From NCBI GenBank assembly GCA_903896585.1, contig CAITYI010000261.1:400-64399 (forward strand): a stretch of 64,000 nucleotides of DNA, in the 5' to 3' direction. The translations under genes were made by a program, and so were the position numbers. The DNA comes from an uncultured bacterium (GTDB lineage: Bacteria > Actinomycetota > Actinomycetes > S36-B12). The notes beneath the pieces were generated by a model that worked only from the letters and a program-made list of their open reading frames with translations, was not told the DNA's origin and did no database searches. This document shows, piece by piece, positions 10,138 through 19,579 of this stretch; position 1 is the stretch's first letter; every line of letters starts with the position of its first letter.

Positions 10138-10311
10138 GTGCCAGTCCCGAAGCGGAAGACATCGCGCTCTAACACCCGCCACCGTCGTTCGCAGTGGAAA
10201 GCGGTAGCGCCAACACTGGTGACCTGCGCCCGTTGTCAGGAAAAGCGACTCGCTCACACTGCGTGTCCAAACTGCGGCATGTATGCCAAACGCCGCGTCC
10301 TTGAGGTCTGA
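10138..10311 (+). CDS. rpmF: 50S ribosomal protein L32
   Basis: VPVPKRKTSRSNTRHRRSQW...CPNCG is the L32 signature. GTG 10138 follows AAAGAGGA; the track ORF begins at 10102. Confidence 0.9.
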   Translation: MPVPKRKTSRSNTRHRRSQWKAVAPTLVTCARCQEKRLAHTACPNCGMYAKRRVLEV

Positions 10312-10357
10312 TTTATAAATTCAGCACATATATTTGGCGCGTAATTCAGGTACCCTG

Positions 10358-10627
10358 ATGATCATGTCGATTCCTCGTGAGACAACTTCTTCGGAGTTCA
10401 TTGAGGAAGTTATTCTCGGTATTCTGGTAAACGCTTATGGAGAAATTCCATCTGTGCGACGTGATACCCCACTCCTCTCATTGGGGTTTCAGCCCAGCCA
10501 TGCAGTGCTGCTTGCCTACCTGGCAAAAGTTGCCGGACTCGCTATCCCAACTGATGACAACTTTGAATCGGTGGTGACTGTTGGGGATTTTGCAACCGCA
10601 TGTCTATCGGGCGGTTCCAGTGGCTGA
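10358..10627 (+). CDS. small carrier-protein-like (ACP/PCP fold-like) hypothetical protein
   Basis: The ORF fills the otherwise unexplained 270-310-bp gap between rpmF and rnc. The layout [12 protein letters not shown]...[32 protein letters not shown]...[10 protein letters not shown] resembles a four-helix carrier protein, with a degenerate attachment motif (LGFQPS instead of LGxDS). No clear Shine-Dalgarno, and the start is uncertain (TTG 10334, ATG 10358 or ATG 10364). Confidence 0.4.
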   Translation: MIMSIPRETTSSEFIEEVILGILVNAYGEIPSVRRDTPLLSLGFQPSHAVLLAYLAKVAGLAIPTDDNFESVVTVGDFATACLSGGSSG

Positions 10628-11360
10628 ACGAAATCTCAATCTGGGATCTCTGCCAGAAGAGAAAAGATCTGAGAGCGATCCAGCGACGCTTGCGGCTCGC
10701 CTCGGTGTTGACTGCGATCTCGAGTTACTCGAACTAGCCCTTGTTCATCGGTCCTTTGCCTATGAAAATGGTGGATTGCCTACAAATGAAAGACTCGAGT
10801 TTTTGGGAGATTCCGTATTGGGTCTTGTGGTCACTGACACGCTTTATCGAGATTTTCCCGTCCTCCCAGAAGGTCAGCTAGCGCGAATGCGTGCCTCGGT
10901 TGTTAACGCTCAGGCGCTCGCAGATGTAGCTCGGTCATTGGACCTAGGCTCATATATTCGGTTAGGAAAGGGTGAAATCTCATCTGGCGGTCGAGACAAG
11001 ACCTCGATTTTGGCGGATTGTATGGAGGCAGTTATCGGTGCGATTTACCTTTCGGGCGGGATGGCGGGTGCTGATCCATTTATCTCGAACATCTTCGGAC
11101 CATTAATTCAAGAAGCTTCACAGATGGGCGCTGGTCTAGATTGGAAGACCTCCTTGCAAGAGTTGACCGGACAGCACTCATTGGAATTACCTGAATACCG
11201 AATTTCGGATTCCGGACCTGATCACGCAAAAAGTTTCATGTCCGAGGTCGTTGTCGGTGGGGAGATTTTAGGAATTGGCCATGGCAGTTCGAAGAAGGCT
11301 GCTGAACAGATTTCAGCGCAGCAGGCATACCTGGCCATTTCCGAACGCTTCGCACATTAG
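10620..11360 (+). CDS. rnc: ribonuclease III
   Basis: [11 protein letters not shown] RNase III signature plus a C-terminal dsRBD ([27 protein letters not shown]). The start is either GTG 10620, overlapping the upstream stop, or the track start 10581. Confidence 0.9.
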   Translation: MAERNLNLGSLPEEKRSESDPATLAARLGVDCDLELLELALVHRSFAYENGGLPTNERLEFLGDSVLGLVVTDTLYRDFPVLPEGQLARMRASVVNAQALADVARSLDLGSYIRLGKGEISSGGRDKTSILADCMEAVIGAIYLSGGMAGADPFISNIFGPLIQEASQMGAGLDWKTSLQELTGQHSLELPEYRISDSGPDHAKSFMSEVVVGGEILGIGHGSSKKAAEQISAQQAYLAISERFAH

Positions 11361-11365
11361 AACCC

Positions 11366-12259
11366 ATGCCTGAATTACCCGAAGTGGAAGTGGTCCGAAG
11401 AGGACTCACTCCATATCTTCAAAACTCCACGATTAATCGAGTCGAAGTTCGGCATGACCGCGCTGTCCGTCGCAACCAAGGCTCTTTCCCCGATCAATTG
11501 CAGGGCAGTTTAATTCACCACATCAGCCGTCGCGGCAAATTTTTGTGGTGTGTGTTGGACCAACCTGAGGCGCTGGTTGTTCACCTTGGAATGAGCGGTC
11601 AGTTTCGGGTGTACCCGTGGACGGACAAAGGTGCACCGACCGAAGAGAGGAGCCATCCCCACCTTCGAATTTTGTGCGAACTGGAGCAGAGTTCGGGGGC
11701 AGTATTCGACCTGCATTTTCTCGATCAGCGCACTTTCGGTGGCATGCATGTATCACCACTTGTCTCCGGTGACCATGCGGATCACATCCCTGAATCCGTG
11801 AAACACATTGCCCGAGATCCCTTAGACCCGCAATTTGATGTAGTGGACTTCATCAGCAAAATTCACAATTCGCAGTCTGAGATCAAGCGGGTGCTTTTGA
11901 ATCAGTCAATTATTTCCGGGATTGGAAATATCTATGCGGATGAGGCGTTGTTCCGGTCCGGCATTCATGGTTCGGTTGTCGGGGCCGAATTAACTGAGGG
12001 GACGATTCTCCAACTTGTTGCTCATGTGACAGACGTTATGAATGAGTCGCTTGATGAAGGTGGGACCAGTTTTGATGCGCTCTATGTCAACGTCAATGGC
12101 GAGTCGGGTTATTTCTCTAGGTCTCTGTCCGTCTACGGTCGCGAAAGTGAGCCATGTGACCGGTGTGGGTCTGATATTCAACGTATCTCGTTTATGAACC
12201 GGTCAAGTTTCTTTTGCGGCAAATGTCAACCACGAACCTCGGCGGTGGCCCACTCTTAA
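11366..12259 (+). CDS. mutM: formamidopyrimidine-DNA glycosylase
   Basis: MPELPEVE N-terminus and a C-terminal zinc finger CDRCG...CGKCQ. Confidence 0.92.
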   Translation: MPELPEVEVVRRGLTPYLQNSTINRVEVRHDRAVRRNQGSFPDQLQGSLIHHISRRGKFLWCVLDQPEALVVHLGMSGQFRVYPWTDKGAPTEERSHPHLRILCELEQSSGAVFDLHFLDQRTFGGMHVSPLVSGDHADHIPESVKHIARDPLDPQFDVVDFISKIHNSQSEIKRVLLNQSIISGIGNIYADEALFRSGIHGSVVGAELTEGTILQLVAHVTDVMNESLDEGGTSFDALYVNVNGESGYFSRSLSVYGRESEPCDRCGSDIQRISFMNRSSFFCGKCQPRTSAVAHS

Positions 12260-12368
12260 CGCGCTGTGCGCCCGGTAGGCTCTCCCTTGCTCGATCTCCC
12301 GTGACGAGTTTGGACAAGGCCTAGGTCAATGTTCCAATTGCTTATCGTGAAAAGGAAAGATCAGTCCC

Positions 12369-15300
12369 GTGCATCTGAAGACTCTTACTTTGAAGGGCTT
12401 CAAGTCTTTTGCGTCCACTACCACTTTGCATTTTGAACCGGGTGTGACGTGTGTGGTCGGACCGAATGGTTCCGGTAAGTCCAATGTTGTCGATGCATTG
12501 GCGTGGGTCATGGGTGAACAAGGTGCAAAATCACTGCGCGGCGGGAAAATGGAAGATGTCATCTTTTCCGGCACCACGGGCCGTGCACCTTTGGGCCGAG
12601 CCGAAGTTGCTCTCACAATTGACAACTCTGATGGCGCATTGCCAATTGAGTTTTCAGAGGTCACAATCTCGCGGACACTCTTTCGAAATGGCGGATCCGA
12701 TTACGCGATCAATGGGGAGCCTTGTCGCTTGCTTGACGTACAGGAGCTTCTGAGCGACTCGGGTATTGGTCGTGAGATGCACGTAATCGTGGGACAAGGG
12801 CAACTCGACTCCATTCTGCATGCGACCCCCGAGGATCGCCGTGGATTCATTGAAGAGGCTGCAGGAGTTCTTAAGCATCGAAAGCGCAAAGAAAAAGCAC
12901 TGCGGAAACTGGACTCCATGGAGGGCAACCTCACTCGTCTCAATGACATTACTGCTGAATTACGTCGTCAACTCAAACCACTGGGTCGTCAGGCCGAGGT
13001 AGCTAGGCGTGCGACCGTGATTCAAAGTGAAGTTCGGGATGCTCGGTTACGTCTCATGGCAGATGACCTCGGTGCATTGCGTGCTTCACTGGCAGCTGAA
13101 GTGGCTGATGAAAGTGCGTTGCGGGAGCGCCAAGCGGGTGTGGAATTGCAAATATCAGAATTACGGCAGCGTGAATCCTTGGCGGAAGCGGCCGAGCGCG
13201 AGCAAGGTCCGGAACTGACGCGAATCCAAGAAACGTGGTTTTCGCTCAATGGACTCCGCGAACGGTATTTGGGTCTCGTTCAGTTGGGTTCAGAGAAAGT
13301 GCGGAACTTAGCTCCGGAAACTGAAGAGGAACACCTTGGGCGGGATCCGGAGAGCATTGACGCTGAGGCCCGCAATCTGCGAAGACATGAATTCGAGCTG
13401 GGTCGTGAGCTTGAATCACTCAGTGAGCAACTACTGACGGTGGGTGCCCAGCGAGGACAGGCCGAAGACGCTCTGTCTGCCGAGGTCACGAGGATACAGC
13501 GCAGCGAAAAGGAACTTGCCGATCGCAATACCGCAATTGCGAAACTACGCGGTCAGTGCGAAAGTGCTCAGACACGTATCGATACCCGGGGTACGGAAAT
13601 CGAACGGCTGCAGCAACAGATCCAAGAAGCCCGGGATCGCGGTCGAAGTTCCCAGGCGGAGTTCCAAGCAATTGAAACCCAAGTAGTTTCCCTTGGTGAC
13701 GGCGAACAAGGATTAGACGCCGAGCACGAAGTAGCACAGCAAAAACTTGTAAATGCCGATTCTCGAGTACACGAGCTCATGACTGAAGAAGCGCGACTTG
13801 ATCGCGAGCGCGCTGCGTTGGCTGCTCGGGTAGAAGCATTGTCCATGGCTCTTGAGCGCAAAGATGGCTCGGCCGCTCTCGCAGATTCCCCGCACGTAAT
13901 TGGCACGGTGACGGGACTTCTCCGTCCTGAGCCCGGCTACGAGGTAGCTGTGTCTGCAGCACTTGGCGAGTTGGCCAATGCGGTGGTGGTGGCGGATCTC
14001 AATGCGGCCATGGATTCCATTGTTTTCCTCAAAAGCGAAGATGCAGGTCGTTCCAGCGTGTTGGTGGCGCGTTCGGATTCAAATGAACGCGAGCAAAAAG
14101 GGCAAGCTCCAATTGGTCGTTGGCTAATTGACTGCCTCCAATCCGACCCCTTGATCCAAAAAACTGTTAATTCTCTGCTGGGTGAATTCATCGTTGTGTC
14201 TGATATTCAGGAATTACGCTCTCATTCTGCAATCAGTAATCGGTTCCCCATGGTGACAAAAGACGGCGACACATTTGTGGAAGGCGTTGTCACCGGGGGA
14301 TCGCTGAGTGGTCCGAGTGTGTTGGAAGTGCAAGTTGCCTTTGATGAAGCCCGAGAGTCACTGTCGAGTCTTGAAATAGCGCATCAACGTAATACTTTTG
14401 ACATGGCAGCGGCTCGCGCTATCCAAGAAGCGGCGTCATTAGAAGTTGGATCCGCGCTGAGCAAGCTCCACGAATCGGATGCCGAGCTAGCCGCCGTGGC
14501 CGAACGTCTTGGTCAGTTAGGTCAGCAATCTCGTGCGGCCCAAGCGGAGGCGGAGCGGCTGGAGGCTGCTCTGGTAAATGCCCAGGAATCGATTGCCCGC
14601 GACACCCAATCACTTGTTGAATTAGTCGAGCAGCTGCATGCGGTTGAACATACTGAGGCGCCAAGTATTGGCCGGGATTTGCGCGAAGACCTGGTCCAAG
14701 AATTGGAACGTGCCCGGTCTCGTGAAGTAGATGCGCGCCTAGCAGTGCGAACCGCCGAAGAGCGGGTACGAGCGGTGTCTGAACGGGCTGCTGCGCTTGA
14801 GCAAGATGCTGAGAAAGAGCGAACCGCACGCGCCGCTGCAATTGATCGACGTGAGCGTCGCGCGGCCGCTTTGATTGTGGCCCAGGCGCTTTTAACGGGA
14901 GCCAAGATTGCCCTCGATTTCACCGAAGTTTCTGTCCATCAGGCGCAGCGAGTTCGGGCGCGGGCGGAACAACTCAAGAAGGGTCGAGACATTGAACTGA
15001 CCTTTGTTCGTTCAGAAGTTCGCCAACTCGTAGAGGTATTGGAGGGACTTCGCGATAGCGTCCATCGCGATGAAGTTGTTAGGGCAGAGCAACGTATGCG
15101 AATCGAAGCATTGGAATCCAAAGTTTTGGAGGACTTTGGAATCGAGCCTCAGGTTCTCATTGCCGAATACGGCTCCGACCAAATGGTGCCACCGAGTTTG
15201 ACCGCCCCAGGCGACGAAATTGATCCAAATGCTCCAGAACCTGTTCCGTACCCCTACGACCGCGAAGAACAGGTCAAGCGTTTGAAGGTTGCCGAGAAAC

Positions 15301-15926
15301 AGTTGGCCCTATTAGGCCGCGTCAATCCGCTGGCTTTGGAAGAGTATTCCGCCATGGAAGAGCGTCAACGTTTCCTCACCGAGCAACTCGATGATCTCCG
15401 CCGCACCCGCGATGACCTACTCGACATTGTGAAGGAAGTCGATGCCCGCGTTGAGCAGGTTTTCACTGAGGCTTATCTGGAAATTGAAAAGGAATTTGCC
15501 GGCGTCTTTTCTCGGTTATTCCCGGGAGGCGAAGGCCGACTGGTGTTGACCGATCCATCCAATATGTTGACCACGGGCGTCGATGTCGAAGCAAGACCTC
15601 CAGGCAAGAAAATCAAAAGACTCTCACTGCTCTCCGGGGGCGAGCGTTCGTTGACAGCCGTTGCGTTCTTGGTGGCGCTCTTTAAAGCACGGCCATCGCC
15701 TTTCTATGTCCTTGATGAAGTGGAAGCAGCGCTTGACGATGTAAACTTGGGGCGCCTGATCGACATTATTGAAGAGCTTCGTTCGACTTCGCAACTCATC
15801 GTAATTACACACCAGAAACGAACCATGGAAATTGCGGACGCACTCTATGGAGTCTCTATGCGTGGCGATGGCGTAACCCAGATCATCGGTCAGCGATTGC
15901 GCGAAGTTGAACCAGTGGGAGCTTGA
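12369..15926 (+). CDS. smc: chromosome segregation protein SMC
   Basis: 1185 aa with Walker A GPNGSGKSN, long coiled coils, a hinge, the LSGGE signature and Walker B FYVLDEVEAALD. Confidence 0.97.
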   Translation: MHLKTLTLKGFKSFASTTTLHFEPGVTCVVGPNGSGKSNVVDALAWVMGEQGAKSLRGGKMEDVIFSGTTGRAPLGRAEVALTIDNSDGALPIEFSEVTISRTLFRNGGSDYAINGEPCRLLDVQELLSDSGIGREMHVIVGQGQLDSILHATPEDRRGFIEEAAGVLKHRKRKEKALRKLDSMEGNLTRLNDITAELRRQLKPLGRQAEVARRATVIQSEVRDARLRLMADDLGALRASLAAEVADESALRERQAGVELQISELRQRESLAEAAEREQGPELTRIQETWFSLNGLRERYLGLVQLGSEKVRNLAPETEEEHLGRDPESIDAEARNLRRHEFELGRELESLSEQLLTVGAQRGQAEDALSAEVTRIQRSEKELADRNTAIAKLRGQCESAQTRIDTRGTEIERLQQQIQEARDRGRSSQAEFQAIETQVVSLGDGEQGLDAEHEVAQQKLVNADSRVHELMTEEARLDRERAALAARVEALSMALERKDGSAALADSPHVIGTVTGLLRPEPGYEVAVSAALGELANAVVVADLNAAMDSIVFLKSEDAGRSSVLVARSDSNEREQKGQAPIGRWLIDCLQSDPLIQKTVNSLLGEFIVVSDIQELRSHSAISNRFPMVTKDGDTFVEGVVTGGSLSGPSVLEVQVAFDEARESLSSLEIAHQRNTFDMAAARAIQEAASLEVGSALSKLHESDAELAAVAERLGQLGQQSRAAQAEAERLEAALVNAQESIARDTQSLVELVEQLHAVEHTEAPSIGRDLREDLVQELERARSREVDARLAVRTAEERVRAVSERAAALEQDAEKERTARAAAIDRRERRAAALIVAQALLTGAKIALDFTEVSVHQAQRVRARAEQLKKGRDIELTFVRSEVRQLVEVLEGLRDSVHRDEVVRAEQRMRIEALESKVLEDFGIEPQVLIAEYGSDQMVPPSLTAPGDEIDPNAPEPVPYPYDREEQVKRLKVAEKQLALLGRVNPLALEEYSAMEERQRFLTEQLDDLRRTRDDLLDIVKEVDARVEQVFTEAYLEIEKEFAGVFSRLFPGGEGRLVLTDPSNMLTTGVDVEARPPGKKIKRLSLLSGGERSLTAVAFLVALFKARPSPFYVLDEVEAALDDVNLGRLIDIIEELRSTSQLIVITHQKRTMEIADALYGVSMRGDGVTQIIGQRLREVEPVGA

Positions 15927-16600
15927 CCCAGAACAATCCCCGTTACGATCAATGTTTGGCCCACCAGATATGTCGCCATGATCACACTAGAAAAAATCGG
16001 AAGGCCATTGAACTCCTTAAGAGCGATCAAGGTGTCTGAGAAAACAAAACTAGCGGCCCCAAATGCGGGCAGGAATCGCCACGGGGATTGAAGTCGCAGG
16101 GCACAGTTGAGAGCCGAGATGGCCATCCCAATGAGCAGGGCGCTGTAAATGAACACGGGTATCCGTAAGTCACCGGGCGTGATTAGAAAGTTCAGGAGCA
16201 CCCAGAAGCCAAGATAGGGAATGAGTGTGATCTTCCAGGCCCAAACCAAATTGATTCCCGGAACACCTTGAAACATCACGATATAAGAAATTTGAGCTAC
16301 CGCGAACGCACCTATGCCAGTGAGAAACCAGGTGTGACCCGTCCCCATCAAGGCGAGGTCACCCAGCCATGAAAAGCAAAGGGCCACCACGAGCCAAACC
16401 CTCCAGGCCCCTGTTAGTCGTTGGGAGTACATGATGGTAACTGCCCAGAAGAGCAGGAGAGGCATCAAAAATGGCTTGGTCCACACAATGCCCAGCACAT
16501 TGCCGATACCGGCCACGATAAATAGTGCAGCGAGTATTCGAGCGAGCATTGGCCACGCACTGATGACCTGAAATCGCCCAGTGGCAGGATTGTTCGTCAT
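15890..16600 (-). CDS. YhhN-family (lysoplasmalogenase-like) membrane protein
   Basis: Polytopic membrane ORF with the SWLGDLAL motif typical of YhhN/TMEM86. The start is uncertain (ATG 16642, 16600 or 16549). Its 3' end overlaps the smc 3' end by 37 nt. Confidence 0.7.
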   Translation of the reverse strand: MTNNPATGRFQVISAWPMLARILAALFIVAGIGNVLGIVWTKPFLMPLLLFWAVTIMYSQRLTGAWRVWLVVALCFSWLGDLALMGTGHTWFLTGIGAFAVAQISYIVMFQGVPGINLVWAWKITLIPYLGFWVLLNFLITPGDLRIPVFIYSALLIGMAISALNCALRLQSPWRFLPAFGAASFVFSDTLIALKEFNGLPIFSSVIMATYLVGQTLIVTGIVLGQAPTGSTSRNR

Positions 16601-17798
16601 GGACTCCCTTTTGATTATTCTCATTATTTCAGGCATCCTCATTTTGGGACTTGCGGTCGGTGGGTCGATTGCAGTTCTTCGTAGTCGAGATGTCGACGAA
16701 GATCAAATTCGGCCACGACCAGGAATCGACTATGCCCCTGGAGTTGGCGACGACTCATCTGTTCCGCGGGACACTCCTCGCAAGAATATTGAGTCCATCG
16801 AGGTTGGTGCCGCTCTACAAGATCGTGAACCACTGCCACCTACTGAGTCAGAACTCGCCCAATGGGAGGTCGAAATTCCGGAACCGAGTTCCGGTCGAAT
16901 GTCCCGGTTACGCGCCAGATTGGCTCGGTCGAATAGCGTTTTCGGGAAAGGTCTCTTAAGTCTGCTATCAAGTAGCTCATTGGATGCGGAAGTGTGGGAA
17001 GAAATCGAAGCGACCCTTCTTGGTGCGGATCTTGGGGTCGGACCCACTCAAGAGCTCATGGAGGAACTCAAGGTACGCATAACTGTTGCAGGAGACAGTT
17101 CGCCCGAGTTCATGCGGGCGACTCTCAAAGAAGCGCTCACCAACTTAATTGATCCAACCATGAATCGGGAGGTTGCCCATGGGCAGGGCGATCGCCCTGC
17201 CGTCATATTGGTAGTGGGTGTCAATGGCACAGGTAAAACAACTACCGTGGGGAAACTTGCTCGCGTTCTGATTGCCGACCAACAAACCGTGGTGATGGCA
17301 GCAGCAGACACATTTCGAGCGGCCGCTGCCGATCAACTACAAACGTGGGGAGACAGAGTGGGGGCCGCTGTAGTCAGAGGGCCGGAAGGTGGTGACCCCG
17401 CTTCGGTTGCATTTGAAGCGGTACAAATAGGCCAAGACAGTGAGGTTGATGTCATTGTGGTTGACACGGCTGGACGATTACATACCAAAACAGGCTTGAT
17501 GGATGAACTAGGGAAAATAAAGCGGGTGATTGAAAAACGAAGCCCGGTTGACGAAGTTCTCCTAGTGATCGATGCAACAACTGGGCAAAATGGGCTTGCG
17601 CAGGCGCGCGTCTTCAGTGAGGTCGTCGATGTAACCGGGATTGTCTTAACCAAACTCGATGGCACTGCCAAGGGTGGAATTGTGGTGGCGGTTCAGCGCG
17701 AACTTGGTGTGCCGGTCAAACTCGTGGGTCTGGGTGAAGGACCCGATGATCTGGCACCATTTGACGTAAATGAATTTGTCGAGGCGCTTATTTCGTAA
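16599..17798 (+). CDS. ftsY: signal recognition particle receptor FtsY
   Basis: GVNGTGKTTT, DTAGR and TKLDGTAKGG motifs, with an N-terminal TM helix as in actinobacterial FtsY. The start is ATG 16599 or GTG 16581. Confidence 0.93.
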   Translation: MDSLLIILIISGILILGLAVGGSIAVLRSRDVDEDQIRPRPGIDYAPGVGDDSSVPRDTPRKNIESIEVGAALQDREPLPPTESELAQWEVEIPEPSSGRMSRLRARLARSNSVFGKGLLSLLSSSSLDAEVWEEIEATLLGADLGVGPTQELMEELKVRITVAGDSSPEFMRATLKEALTNLIDPTMNREVAHGQGDRPAVILVVGVNGTGKTTTVGKLARVLIADQQTVVMAAADTFRAAAADQLQTWGDRVGAAVVRGPEGGDPASVAFEAVQIGQDSEVDVIVVDTAGRLHTKTGLMDELGKIKRVIEKRSPVDEVLLVIDATTGQNGLAQARVFSEVVDVTGIVLTKLDGTAKGGIVVAVQRELGVPVKLVGLGEGPDDLAPFDVNEFVEALIS

Positions 17799-17824
17799 CT
17801 TCGTCGAAATATGACGGTGATTTT

Positions 17825-17862
17825 TTCACACATTGGAAACACGTTAAGTCTTTATCGGAAAC
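17825..17862 (+). promoter_or_regulatory. candidate GlnR-type box upstream of amt-glnK-glnD
   Basis: TTCAC-n6-GAAAC-n6-AGTCT-n6-GAAAC. There are two perfect GAAAC b-sites 22 bp apart and one a-site matching gTnAc, 75-112 bp upstream of the amt start. This matches the a-n6-b-n6-a-n6-b architecture described for actinomycete GlnR boxes. Confidence 0.4.
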
Positions 17863-17891
17863 TCATGCCCGGCACTCTTGGTTCACCGAGA

Positions 17892-17913
17892 ACTACTCCC
17901 ACCGGGGAGTAGT
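17892..17913 (+). other. perfect 9-bp stem / 4-nt loop hairpin in the amt 5' region
   Basis: ACTACTCCC-ACCG-GGGAGTAGT read directly. It ends 23 nt before the amt ATG, just upstream of the GAGGAGG Shine-Dalgarno, and has no U-tract. Confidence 0.5.
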
Positions 17914-17936
17914 GGAGAACCACGAGGAGGAAACCT

Positions 17937-19573
<1,637 letters not shown>

Positions 19574-19579
19574 ATTCAG

